Shown: piece by piece, positions 37,581 to 49,899 of the stretch
Layout of the letters: each line of letters starts with the position of its first letter
Numbering within the stretch: the first letter of the stretch is position 1
Assembly (NCBI RefSeq): GCF_016433145.1
Contig: NC_058133.1
Coordinates: 398,457,195 to 398,521,194, forward strand
DNA: 64,000 nucleotides
DNA from: Gracilinanus agilis
Taxonomy: Eukaryota
Direction: 5' to 3'
Made by a program: the position numbers and the translations under genes
Notes under the pieces: generated by a model
Databases searched by the model: none
The model's input: only the letters and a program-made list of their open reading frames with translations
Told to the model about the DNA's origin: nothing

Positions 37581-38023
37581 GGTCCTAATTGCCCAGTAAG
37601 CAGAGGTGTCTGAGTTCACCAAGTGCCTTGGTTACTGCACCCCTCACCCCAGCATCTGTCTCAGGACAATTTGCCATCTGATCTTTTCATTGCTGTTACA
37701 AAAAATAAAGTAACTTGTCAGAGGTCTCATAAAAATACAGTTAAGCTTGTCTCTGAGGACTAAGAAAAATAAAACTTGTCAAAAAAAAGTGTCGTCTTTC
37801 CAAAAAACTTCATATTGTCAGAAAGGGTATAAACCTCAGTCATTAAGAAATAATGCGTATTTAAAAATGAATTTTATTTTATTTTGATTTTTAATCTGAA
37901 ATAAGGTTTGATTTTAATATATTGGGTTTGGAAAAAAAGAGTGGGAGCAAATAGAAAGTGAGAAAGTTGTTGCTTAAGTAATTCATGATTAAAATAATTT
38001 CATGTGGCCTTTAGCTCTCTTAG

Positions 38024-38097
38024 CTGCTTGAATAAATCTGGACTGAATTTAGGTTGAATGAGAAAGCAGAGCCTTTTAGAAACTCTTGGGACCTGAG
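38024..38097 (+). other. Candidate small exon, non-coding or unassigned
   Basis: cctttagctctcttag acceptor and GAG|gtgagt donor; stops in all three frames. Confidence 0.3.
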
Positions 38098-38874
38098 GTG
38101 AGTGTAAGTCTTATTTAATTTAAGAATTGTGGAATGGCATGAACATAGTACTTGAAGTCAGTAGACCTGGATTTGAAACCCAGCCTGTGCCACTTATTAA
38201 CTGGGAAAATCACTTTACTTCTCCTGGTGTTCCTTTTTTCATTTGTATGAGAAATGAAGAGATTTCTCAGGTTACTTCCAGTCTCTAATATTTTGAGATA
38301 CTCTTAAATCTGACCCCTTCCTTTCAAAGATTTGCTTTGGGCATTAGATGAATTTATCACTCCTATTAGGTCGATCTTATGACTCAGAGCTGTGTTACAT
38401 AAAAGTTTTCAGGGCAACTGCTGGAAATATTTTTTACTTTGATAAAAAAAAAAACCTTTAGGCAGGCAACTATTGAGACTCAGGGTCTTCAGGGCTGCTC
38501 ACTTCTATTTCTTAGATCATCTTGATACCTTTGGCTTGAAGTTGTCAGGATGTTTGGGTGTCAGTTAATTTTAGGGGTCAGAGGGTATGATTACTTTTTT
38601 TTTTTATCCTTCATTCCAAGCAATGAACTGAGCATAATTCTGCCCTCCTCCACCATTAAAGTAACCTTCAAGGCATAGAGGTGAATTGGGTCCATAAAGG
38701 CTATGCTAATAAGGTTAAAAAAAAGGTTTGATTGGAAATAAAGATTAGGAAGTCATCTCTAGAAAGGAGGTAATAAAGATTTGGGAGTGATTCCATGAAA
38801 AATTCTGTCTGTTTGGTAACTGAGGACTTTGAGATAGCTAAGTGCTTTATTTTCCCAAAGATATGGGAAATGAA

Positions 38875-39133
38875 GGGCAGCTAGGTGGTATGGTGATGAG
38901 AGTGCCAAGTCTGGAGTCAGGTAAACTCATCTTCTTAAGTTTAGATCTAGCCTTAGACACTTGCTAGCTCTCTGTGTGAACCTGGGCAAGTCACTTAACC
39001 TTGTTTGCCTCAGTTTCCTCATCTGTAAAATGAGCTGGAGAAGGAAATGGCAAACCATTCCAGTATATTTGCCAATATAACCTTAATTGGGGTCAGGAAG
39101 AGTTGGAAACAACTAAAACATCTGAACAACAAC
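38875..39133 (+). mobile_element. MAR1-type SINE (MIR CORE plus RTE tail)
   Basis: gggcagctaggtgg...ctgggcaagtcacttaaccttgtttgcctcagtttcctcatctgtaaaatgagctggagaaggaaatggcaaaccattccagtat...ctgaacaacaac. Confidence 0.88.
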
Positions 39134-40331
39134 CACAAAATGGGAAGCAGCAGAGAATTTGAATTGAATGCTAGACTTACACAGGCAGATTTGGGTTTAA
39201 ATGCCATCGCTGGGATTTAATAAGCTGTGTGCCTCAATCTCTCTGTGCCCCAAGTTTTTTTCTAAGTCTGTTATATGTAAATTGCCAATCTGGGTTGGTG
39301 GAAATTTTTCTATGATGTTTGTTTCTACGATGAAAGCTCCGTACACAAAGAAATCATATCTGTGGACCAAAAAAGAAAAAAAAGCTGGAAAAACTCAATT
39401 CATTCCTTTATATTGATGGATCAGGAGCATCATTTTTGTTTGTGAAGGATAGCATAATAAGATGCTGTTTGAACCTTTCTTCAAGACTAATTTAACCCTA
39501 TGTTCCTAAAGAAAAAGAGAAAGAACCCCCGGCACCTTTAAAAAAGAAGAAAAAAAAAAGAATGAGACATCGATGAACAAAATGACCTTAATGTTCCAAC
39601 CCACATTAACTGCACAGTATTTTGTAAAACTCATCCTGAGATCTACGGTGTTCTGTGAACTCTTGCTGAGCAGTTAATGACTTACTATTTGCCTACCAAA
39701 TCTATCCCCTTCTGGTGCGTGACTCATTGCTTTGGGGGGCAGTAAGCTGAACTACCAAAAACCAATTTTAATTCTAAATATAGTTTTGACTCTTTGGGAA
39801 ATAATATATAGTGTGCATCATTCAAATCTCAGTGTTACTGAGTAGATAAAAATAGTTGGAATTAGGTTATTGTTTCTATATCAGGCCATGTGATCTCAGC
39901 TATACTTTGGATTCTGGCATCTGATAATCTTATAAGTGAAGGTCATTTTGATATTGTACATGTGAGCACACACACACACACATGCGTGCAAGCACACTGG
40001 TCTCTCTGTAAAGCACTGAGCTAATGTTTGAATGAATACTTGTGTATTGTGTTATATATAGTTTTGGGTTGTGTATTTAGTTCTCTGCTACTTGGATCTC
40101 TTTTAAGACTAAACTAAAAGAAAAAGGGAAAAGAAAAAAAAGAACAATTTCAGAGATCATCTGATAGCCCTTTGGATTTAAGTCTTTGCCTTAAACCAGC
40201 AAGCAGAATTCACAGCATTAAGAAATATCTCGCCAGTGTTTGGGCAGATCGTTAGATTTGGTTTTAGGGTTTTTCTTTCCACTGAATGTAAAGCAGTTTT
40301 ATGTACCCGATGTCCATTTTCTTCTCCCCAG

Positions 40332-40420
40332 TTCTTATAAATATTGGTGTCATCTCCAATTGGAAGTTTGAGAAAAGAAAGCTGGATAAGAAAGCTGGCT
40401 CCAATAGCCATCAGCTGTAA
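40332..40420 (+). CDS. Candidate terminal coding exon (xLINIGVISNWKFEKRKLDKKAGSNSHQL*)
   Basis: Very strong acceptor ccattttcttctccccag at 40331; open frame to TAA; AATAAA at 40497-40502. Protein not recognised. Confidence 0.3.
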
Positions 40421-40868
40421 TACCAATTCCAATGATATCTATCAAGATTAGCTACTTTTTCAGTACATAAAATCCATTTATGCAAAAGGAAAATCAAATA
40501 AACTCTCATTTTAAAAAATCTCTAGTGCTTTTCCCATTTCCATCATGGAAAAATGACTTCCCACTACTGCCAGTCAACTTATAGTATTTTTCTAATAACT
40601 CATGTGAGTAATCCATCAGTTTGCAAAATAAATAACCTTTTCATGAAATTATTTAACTGCTTGCTTTCTCCTTTCATTTTGGACTCTTGGCTTTGAGAGT
40701 TTCATTTAAAACAGAGCTACATAATAGTTATGCCATAATAATTTGTGTATCTCTTTTTTGGGGGGGTCATTTTAAGATCTGTTTTTGATAATGATGCCAT
40801 CACAGGGGTAGTTAATAGATTACTCTTAATTGAAGGCAGGTGAATTATTTTGAGTTCTCTCTTTACAG

Positions 40869-40880
40869 TGACATACTTTG
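40869..40880 (+). other. Candidate 12-nt microexon TGACATACTTTG
   Basis: ttctctctttacag acceptor and TTG|gtaaga donor; length divisible by 3. Confidence 0.25.
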
Positions 40881-41832
40881 GTAAGACATCACCTTGAGAG
40901 GTGATTGTATTTCTCTGCTGGGCAGAGAAGATTTTTAGCTACCTGGAATTTTGTCGCCTTTGTTTTCTCCTGACTTCCCTCCCCTATCCTAAGCCCTAGA
41001 ATACCAGATCCATATATGTAGTCTAATACCAAGCTCTTGTAGTTAGGCAAATGCTCCTTTCCCCTGTTACCCTTTTCCTTCTCTTTTTTCTTTTCTCTAG
41101 TAACCCCCCCTCCCCCAAACTAGATATTCTATTCCAGATTCCTAGATGAATTATTTTTCTCTGACTGTGATTTCTGAGGGAACAACCAATAAAGCTTAGC
41201 CTGACTCTATTTTCCTCCTTAGAAAACACCTAAATTCCCTTGTTGCCCTGATCCTTCAGTTGCCCTCATCCCTGAGCTATCCTGATGCAGGAGTCTTAGA
41301 GAGACTGGAATAACAATACATCAAACCCTAGATGCAGCCCATATTAAGGAGAATCATGAACTCCTTGCAATGGACCAAAGATCTCTGTGCTGAAGATTTC
41401 CTGGCAACATCCTTGGTTCTGTCCCTTCCTGACCTTTTCCCATTCTGCTTTGGGTTGCCATCTCAGTCTCAGTGTGTAGGGCTGGTGATTTCAGCTAGCA
41501 TTGGAGAGCTATTTCCACAGTTGGGTGAGGGATGGATGATGCCCTAGCAACTCTCTTTGTAACCCCTAGTAACCAGTAACCTGTATCTTGTTGATCCTGC
41601 TTCTGTCTCAGTGTTCCACTGGGTATATGTCCATTTTAGCAAGGCTTATATTTTCAGCATTGATGGGCTTGACTAATTGTTCTGCCCTTTTAAACCCTAG
41701 CAAAGGTCTTAAAATGGGTAACAGAGGTGTGGATTTTAAAAAAATAAATAAAAATTGTTCAACATGGCTATATTTTGACAAGTGTAGGCAGTATCAGATC
41801 TACCACTCTATAGCTTCACTCTCTGTTTTTAG

Positions 41833-41860
41833 GGACTTTTCATTGCCTCTGATTTCTAGA
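41833..41860 (+). other. Candidate 28-nt exon
   Basis: cttcactctctgtttttag acceptor and AGA|gtaagt donor. Confidence 0.25.
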
Positions 41861-42329
41861 GTAAGTATTTCTTGAGATCTCTCACCTTCACTTTTGGGAG
41901 GGAGATCAATAAGCGCTTTGACATACACTTTTAAATCTCTGCAGACTCATTTCCCCTCACCTTCTTTTTACTATTTACAACTTTACAACTGTTCCTAGCT
42001 TCTATAATTCCTCCCGTTATGTTTCTCAGATGAGTAGAGAGTCAACATTGGCACTGCTCTTCATCGCTATGTTTATCTTAGCTTGGAAAAGGAGTACTTA
42101 GATTTGCTGGCCTCTGATGGCTTCCCAAGTATGCTGACTGTTTTGCTTTGGTTAAGCAATGAACTAGAAAGAATAGAATAAAATTGCCTACCAGGGAAGA
42201 TATGGTAGGAGAATACAGAGCTACATATATTTATTTCACTTCACTCAGACATCAAAGGATAGCTAAAGAATTGGCCAATCTGGTTGCTAAGTCATGGTCA
42301 GCCATCTTTGAAACACAGTAGAGAATATA

Positions 42330-42525
42330 AGAACCACAGAATTGGGTAAGGGAAACTGATGCCTCCGTTTTCCGGAAAGGGCAGAGAAAATGGATTTGTG
42401 AGTTTCCTCATCCACAAAATGACCTGGAGAAGGAAATGGCAAATTGCCCAGTACCTCTGCCAAAAAAAAACCCCAAATAGGGTCAAAAAGAGTAGGGCAT
42501 GACTGAAAGGGACTGAGCAACAACA
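42330..42525 (+). mobile_element. MAR1-type SINE 3' part
   Basis: gagtttcctcatccacaaaatgacctggagaaggaaatggcaaattgcccagtacctctgcc...gactgagcaacaac. Confidence 0.75.
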
Positions 42526-42694
42526 CGTGTACTTCTAGAAAAGAAAGATCACAAGATGCCAGCAGAGCCTCATGAAGAATAAATCATATTTGGATCAGCA
42601 TAATTTTCTTACTTGAAAGGACTGCTACACATATAGATGAAGAGGAATGCTATAGATACTGTTTTCTAGGATTCTGTAATGCATTTCAAAAAGG

Positions 42695-42855
42695 CATATA
42701 GTGGAAAGAGAAATGGCTTTTGAATCAGAGGACCTGGGTTCATATCTCACTTCTGATTATTATTTCTGATGTGACTTTTGGCAAGTCACTCAATTTTTGT
42801 GAGTCTCTATTTCCTCATCTCTAAAATGAGGAGGTGGAATAGAGGACCTACAAAG
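42695..42855 (+). mobile_element. MIR3-like SINE
   Basis: tttgaatcagaggacctgggttca...gtgacttttggcaagtcact...tttcctcatctctaaaatgagg. Confidence 0.7.
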
Positions 42856-43254
42856 TTCCTTGTGTGATAATGAGATTTTTACCCCTTACACTTCCAGAAT
42901 TAGATCTGTTTTCTTATGTCTCTCATGCTGCTCAGAGAAAAGATGAAGGGGATAAATGAGATAATAGCATATAAGAACTGGTTGAATGACCAGGACAAGA
43001 ATAACCATTATTAGTTCAATGTCTTCCCATCCCCAGAAGTTGTTTGTAGTGACTCAAGAGAGACAAGTGACAGAAGTAATACATGTGCTCATGCATGTGA
43101 AATAAGATGGGAATTTTTGAACAATATTGGTTTTGGGAGTTGCCTTGAAATATATAAAAAAAAAACATGAGTCCTAGAGTCTGGTTTCTAGCCAAAAAAT
43201 GGAGATTTCATAGGAAGCATCATCCTCAACTCTAGCAAATTTAAGAAGGGAGAT

Positions 43255-43625
43255 TTATTTTTTAAAATGATATTTTATTTCTCCCCCCATTCCATGTAAA
43301 AGCAACATTTTTAGCATTCATTAAAAAAAATTGAGTCCCAAATTCTCTCTTTTTCTGATCTTCCCTCACTCCTTCCCTTCCTTCCAAATCCCTGAGATGG
43401 CAAGAAATCTGATAATAGATTTTACATCTTGTAATCATCTAAAACATGTTTCCATATTAGTTGTTTTGTGGAAGAGTTCTCAAATGTAAAAAAAAAAGGA
43501 GGAAGAAAATGAAATATAGTACATTTTACGCTGTATTCAAATTCCATCAGTTCTTTCTCAGAGGGCAGATGGCATTTTTCATCACAAGTCTCTGGGATTG
43601 TCTTGGATCACTATATTGCTGAGAA
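43255..43625 (-). mobile_element. L1 3' UTR fragment
   Basis: ttccatcagttctttctcagagggcagatggcatttttcatcacaagtctctgggattgtcttggatcactatattgctgag. Confidence 0.75.
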
Positions 43626-43884
43626 CAAAGGAAGAGAGATTTCTTAAGTGGCCCTGGCCTCTGAGATTGCCTTGTGAGTAACCTCAAGCTCAAGAGTTTG
43701 GGAATCGACCTTCTAGCCAGAGAAAGCAAATGGAGCAAATGGCACCAGTAGCATGTCTCTTCAAGAGAAAAGAACAGAGCTCATGTGGTCTCCATAGTAG
43801 GCTGATCAGTAAAGGATTAAACCCTTGATGTGATGGAATAAAAGACGTGGTGTTTTCTCTCTGCTAGTAACATAAATATATTTT

Positions 43885-44050
43885 CTGGACAGCTATCTCA
43901 GTGAATGGAGATGGGAGGTTTTGGTTTCAAATACCCCAGACCCTTCCTACCTGTGAGACCTTGGATAAGTCACTTGAACCCAAATGCCTGCCTTGGAACC
44001 TATCCTTAGTATCAGTTGTAAGACAGAAGCTAAGAGTTTTAAAAAACAAA
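43885..44050 (+). mobile_element. Degenerate SINE1_Mdo-like SINE
   Basis: ggagatgggaggttttggtttcaaat...ccttggataagtcacttgaaccc...gccttggaacc...taagacagaagctaagagttttaaaa. Confidence 0.65.
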
Positions 44051-44299
44051 AACCAATTTATTTTCTTTGAGGAATGGATGGGGCATCCAACCCACAAGGT
44101 AACACTGAGGGTTTTATTTTTGATTGATGGGACAGGATGGTGTAGGAAGTAAGAGAATTGTATTGTTTGTGTCTGACCTATTGTGATTTCTTTATGTATT
44201 TTTCTGCCTTTGTATATAGGTCTATATTTTTTTTATGTATGTGACATGAAATAAAGGTTGTCCTGTACCTGATACCTGTATGTATCATCTTGCTGCTTT

Positions 44300-44575
44300 G
44301 AGGTAGTTAGGTGGTGTAGTATAGGAAGTTCTGAGCCCGGAGTCAGAAAGATGGGTTCAAATTTGGCCTCAGATATTTGTTAACTATATGATCCTGAGCA
44401 AATCATTTAATGTCTACCTGCCTCAGTTTCCTCAACTGTCAAATAGGGATAATAATTGCTTCTACCTCCCAGGATTGTTGTGAGGATCAGTGATAATATT
44501 TACAAAATGCTTAGCGGAGTGCCTGGCACATAGTTTTTTTAAAATATAAAAGTATTTAATAAATACTTGTTCCTT
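44300..44575 (+). mobile_element. MIR/Mar-type SINE with L2-like tail
   Basis: ctgcctcagtttcctcaactgtcaaatagggataat...ctacctcccaggattgttgtgaggatca...gcttagcggagtgcctggcacatag. Confidence 0.78.
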
Positions 44576-45104
44576 TCTAATCCTACTCCCTGGGAGAATC
44601 AGTCAACAAGCATTAATTATTTACTGTGTTTCTGGCACTATGCCAAATGCCAAGGATACAGAGAAAGGAAAAAAAGTTAAAAAAAAAAGGTAAAGAAGAA
44701 AAAAAGTTCCTATTCTCAGTGAACTCATAGTCTATGGATAAGTACCACTTTTACTCATAAAAAACAATGAATCTTTCAGCTTTTAAAGGTCTATCCTTTA
44801 TAAGACATGAGCTATATTTGGAAAATTTCCAGAGTAATCTATAAAGAGTATATATGTGTATATATATATATATGAGTCAGATTGGGAATGATCTTTTGAG
44901 TGTTCCCCAAGTGCTTCCCTTTTGGGGGATCATAAACCTTCATAGCATCTCTTTGTGCTGCTTGTCAAGCTGCTATAAGTGAATTTCCCTTTTGAGAAAA
45001 CCCAAGCCCTAAGAGGATCTATGTATTGAGGTAGAGTTCCTTTTTTTAAAATTCAATATAAAATTTCCCCAATTATAAGTAACAACAATTTCCAACATTT
45101 TTCT

Positions 45105-45308
45105 TTTCCTATATAAAAAATCCCTTACCTTTCATCTTAGAACCAATAGTGTGTTTTGGTTCCAGGACAGAAGAGAGAGAAGGGCTAGGTAATGGGGGTT
45201 AAGTGACTTCCCCAGGGTCACATAGCTAGGAAGTGTCTGAGGACAGATTTGAACCCAGATCTCCTATCTTTAGGTTTGGCTTTCAATCTATTAAGTCACC
45301 TAGCTTCC
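45105..45308 (-). mobile_element. SINE1_Mdo-like SINE
   Basis: cccttacctttcatcttagaaccaatagtgtgttttggttccaggacagaagag...gggctaggtaatgggggttaagtgactt. Confidence 0.82.
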
Positions 45309-45309
45309 A

Positions 45310-48300
45310 TAATATTGAGTCTAAAATTTTCTCCCTCCCTCCCTTTCTCCCCTCATCCCCTCCCATGTTGAGATGGTAATCAAGCTTATATAGATTTTGC
45401 AAATGCAATTATGTAAAACATTTCCTTATATCAATCCTTTTGTGGAAGGAAACTCAAATTAAAAAATTAAGAAAGTTAATAGTTTGCTTTAGTCTGGATT
45501 TAGTATCAGTTCTTTTCTCTAGAAGCAGATGGTATTTTTTTTATCATGAATCTTTGGGATAGTTTTGGATCATTGTATTGCTGAGAATAGTTGTTATTCA
45601 CAGTTGTTCATTGTACAATATTTCTGTCACTATGTTCAGTGTTCTTCTGGTTCTGCTTATTTCAGTCTGCTTCAGTTCATGTAAGACTTTCTAGTTTTTT
45701 TCTGAGCTCTTTCTTCTCATCATTTTTTATAGCACAATAGTATTCCATTACAATCATATACTTTAACAGTCATTCCCCAATTGGTGGGTAATACCCTCAC
45801 TTTCCAATTCTGTGTCCCCCACCTTGAAAAAGAGCTGCTTCAAATATTTTTGTACATATACGCCCCCCCCCATTTTTTTCTCTTTGGGATACAAATATAG
45901 TAATGGAATTGCTGGATCAAGTATATGCATTGTTATAGCCTTTTGGATGTAGGTTCAAATTGCTCTCCAGAATGGTTGCATCAGTACACAACTTTCTCGA
46001 CATAGCATTAGTGTTTCAAATTTCTCATATCCTTTCCCATTTTGTCATTTTACTTCTGTCATAATAGCCAATCTTATGGGTGTATGGTGGTATCTCAGAA
46101 TTGTTTTAATTTGGATTTCTCTAATTAATAATGAGTTAGAGATAAAATAGTTTTTGCATGAGTATAGAAAGCTTTAATTACTTTGAGAACTACCTGTTCA
46201 TATCCTTTGACCGTTTACCAACTGAGGAATGATGTGTTCTTATATATTAAACACATTTCTCTATGTATTTGAGAAATGAGACTTTTATTAGAAAGATTTA
46301 TAGAAAATTTTTGCACCATTATGATTTTTGTATATTATTCTCCATCCTAAAACCCTTGTTTAGTTTATGACTTCCTCTTCCTCCAGTTTACCCTCTTACC
46401 CTCTTTTTTAGCATTCCTACCCACTTCTTTTATCCCCTTCTCCTCCAACTTTCCTGTAGGATAAGATAGTTTTCTATATACCCAGTTGATTGTATATATT
46501 CTTCTCTCCTTGAACCAATTCTTATGAGAACAAGGTGCTTGTCCTCCTCTCTCCATTTCCCCCATTTATTCTCCATTATAAAAACTCTTTCATGCCTCTT
46601 TTATGAGCAATAATTTAGCCCATTTTGTTTTTCTCCTCCCTTTCCTTTCAATGCATTTTTCCTTTTCAGGCCTCAATTTCATTTTATCTTATATCATCCC
46701 ATCATACCCTTGTCCTCGAACTATGCATACTCTTTCTAACTGCTCTAATAATGACAAATTTTTTTGGAGTTACAAGAATCCTCTCTCCATGTAGGGATAT
46801 ATACGGTTTAATCTTATTGAATGTCATTCAATTTCTCTTTCCTGTTTGCTTTTTTATGTTTCCTTTGAATCTTATATTTGAGAGTCAAATTTTCCATTCT
46901 GCTCTGGTCTTTTTTTTTTTTATCAGGAATGTTCGAAGTCCTGTATTTCATTGAATAACCATTTTTTCCCTGAATGATTATGCTTGGTTATGCTAGGTAT
47001 GTGATTCTTGGTTGAAATCTTAGCTCAATGTTGGCAAATATGTGGCATGTGTGCAGAGCCAGCACTTGGGAAACCACTCTGTTTCCCCTCTTACCAGCAC
47101 CCAAGGACATTTTTTGCATGCACTGCCCCTCTGGTTAGCTGCCCAAAGCAAGCACTTCCTCCCTCAGCTCTGTCCAGTAATGTGGGGGCTCACAGACAGC
47201 TTGAATTTGCCCTCTGGGCACTCGAACTAGGAAAACATTTGCCAATGCTGTCCTAATTCCTTTGCCCTCTGGAATATCATATTCCATGCCCTCCTATTCT
47301 TTAATGTAGAAGCTGCCAAATCTTGTGTTATCCTGACTATGGCTCCATAATATTTTAATTGTTTCTTTTTGGCTATTTGTAATATTTTTCTTCTTCACCT
47401 TGGAGTTTTGTAATTTGGCAATGATATTCCCTTTTAGATCTCTTTCAGGAGGTGATCAATGGATTGTTTCAATTTCTATTTTTCCCTCTGGTTCTAGAAT
47501 ATCAGGACATTTTTTCTTGATAATTTTTTGTAAGACAATGTCTAAAGTCTTTTTTGGATCGTGGCTTTCAGGTAGATGCAGCAGGAATGGTTTTGTTGTC
47601 TTCTTCTGAGTTTGTGTTTTGTTCTTCTCTGTCACCAAAATAACTTTTTATGTTGAGTTTCTTTTTCTATTTGTTCATTTTCCAGCCCTTTTCTTTTCTT
47701 TTAATTTAAAAAACCATTAAAATTGGGCTCTGTACCTGTGGTGAACAGAGCACTGTTCAAAACTTCAGGTTCTTTGTGTAGTTGCCTTCAGAGCTACCTC
47801 TGGGGATCTATCTGCTTTCAGTTATTTCAAGGTAGGATAGTTTAAGGAGAGGTGTGTTTAATACTCTTTGGGTCTGTGCTCTGGTCTATGAGCAACTCCA
47901 AATATTCTTTTTCCCCTTGGAATTGTGATGAGGGTCCCTTGCTCTCCTATGACCACAAGTGCTGGTGTCTGCTAGTGCTCCTCCTCACCCTGAGAACCCA
48001 CCCCCAGACTGTGACCTGGTTCTGTATATGCACAATTAGATGAGTCTTGACCAGCAAAGGGACCCTTGTAGTATCCTTCTGAGCAATTGCCTCCAGAAGC
48101 CTTTGCTGCTGCTTCAGCTGTGCCCAAAGCCTGTTGTTGTTGTGGCACCTGCCGTGGAGAGCCGAGCTCCGCCTCTACCCCAGTGTACTAAATGTGTCAA
48201 GCCAGTCTTCTAAGTAGTTTTATGATGGAAAATTACCTCCCCTGGTCTTTTTGTGGGTTATGCTACTCTAGAATTCGTTCTAAAGCATTATAATAGTTTT

Positions 48301-48365
48301 GGGGAGTATAATTTGGAAGAGTTGAGCTGAGGATCTGTACCTTCTCTGCCATGTTGGCTCCACCA
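45310..48365 (-). mobile_element. About 3 kb L1-derived element with 5' UTR, ORF1 and 3' end but lacking most of ORF2 (HAL1-like or internally deleted)
   Basis: Antisense order: 3' UTR, ORF2 C-terminus, inter-ORF, ORF1 (track ORF 47456-47638 IVLQKIIKKKCPDILEPEGKIEIETIH is L1 ORF1-like), 5' UTR ending ctctgccatgttggctccacc. Confidence 0.82.
47026..47250. mobile_element. hAT-family MITE inserted in L1 ORF1
   Basis: TIRs caatgttggcaaat and atttgccaatgctg; 8-bp flanks tcttagct (47018-47025) and tcctaatt (47251-47258) differ only by transitions; removing the insert restores the L1 motif. Confidence 0.75.
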
Positions 48366-48554
48366 CTGAAGTAAGGTTTCTATCTAGAATATATATGGGT
48401 TTCCTCCATTTATTTGTAAACTGTTATGAGTTTTTCATCTTCTCTACTAGGTGAAAGAAAAGTTCTAAAAAATCCATTTCCAAGTACAAAGTAGGGGGAG
48501 GTGTGCCTAGGAGTGGTTAATCTGCAAAAAATATAGAGTTTTAGTGGTGAAAAT

Positions 48555-49110
48555 GTAATATTAATCAAGATTGTGATAGATCAATAAAGCTAATGCAATG
48601 TAGGCATTGAAAGGTATATTATTTCAGATTAGAGAGATGGTAATCATTCTGCACACTGCTCTGGTCAGAATACATCTGAAAGATTGTAGTCAGTTCTTGG
48701 TGCCACATTTTAGGAAAAATGCTGGGAAAATAAATTTTCCAAGGCATGATAGCCATATAATAAAGGTTCTTGTGCTCATACTATAAGTGGATCAGTTGAA
48801 AGATCTGTTGATTGTTGACCTGGAGAAGAGAATACCTGGGACAGAGAATATGATAAGTTCTTTTCAAGTATTTGAAAACCCTGCAAACTATGAGTAATCA
48901 ATAGAATTTACAAAGTGGCAAATCTAAAACGGAATGTTTCTTTAAGTAGTATTAAGTTCCTTGTCATAGGGAGTCTTCAGGAAAAGACCAGATGACCATA
49001 TATAGAATGTATTGTAGGGGTAAGGCATTCCTTTTTTTTTTTTTTTCAGGGATCACATTGCCTAGTATCCTTTGCTAGGTTCTTACTAATTCTGAAATTC
49101 TGTGTTTGTA
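48555..49110 (+). mobile_element. L3/CR1 LINE 3' end
   Basis: ctgctctggtcagaatacatctg...cagttcttggtgccacattttagg...cctggagaagagaa and terminal aattctgaaattctgtg repeat. Confidence 0.75.
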
Positions 49111-49899
49111 TGATTTCTCTAAAAAATAGCAATAGAATCAACATCTTTGCTTTTTTCCTACCCATTTCCCATTTTTTGGGATCCAACAACCTGCTGAAAT
49201 AGTAGCTGCTCTTAGCTATTCAATATCGTCTTTATCTTTACTATTTCTTGTAATTTGGTTGAGACTTGAATTTTACTGGAATCTGCCAATGATCTAACTG
49301 CACATAGACATTTCCTCCTGAAGTGATGCCTATGTCTGCAATCAATTTTCTGCTATAATTTATAGCAAGAATGTCAACACATCATTGTTCTTGTTCAGTC
49401 ATTTCAGTTGTGCCTGACTCTTTGTGACCCTATTTATGATTTTCTTGGCAAAGATAAGTTAGCTACAGGGATCCATCCAATTTTGTGGGGAAGGGGCTGA
49501 TTTCCTTGAATTCACCTGGTATAAGGATATCAGTGGAACATGTCAGGTAACTATTGGTTATTTTTTCATTTGGACCATCTTTTATTCTGGTCATGTAACT
49601 CTTTGACGATGACCTTTATGCTGCTTCTGCTTTTCTCATTGAGTTAAAAAAATATGTTGTAGCCTAGTGATGCCTCACTATGCCTTCTGGGTGACTTTTA
49701 ACTTTAATTCTTGAGAGACCAGAGTATTTCAAGGCTTATAGTCATAAAATGTTTCTGCAAGAATATTGGTGTTAGAAAGAAAATAAGTCTTTGGTTTAAC
49801 AGCAAACTTGAGGTCATTAAAAGAACTGCATTATTTCCCATAGGCAATCTATTCTGTTCTCCTACTCTCATTCAGTTTTCTTTAAAAATACATTTTACT

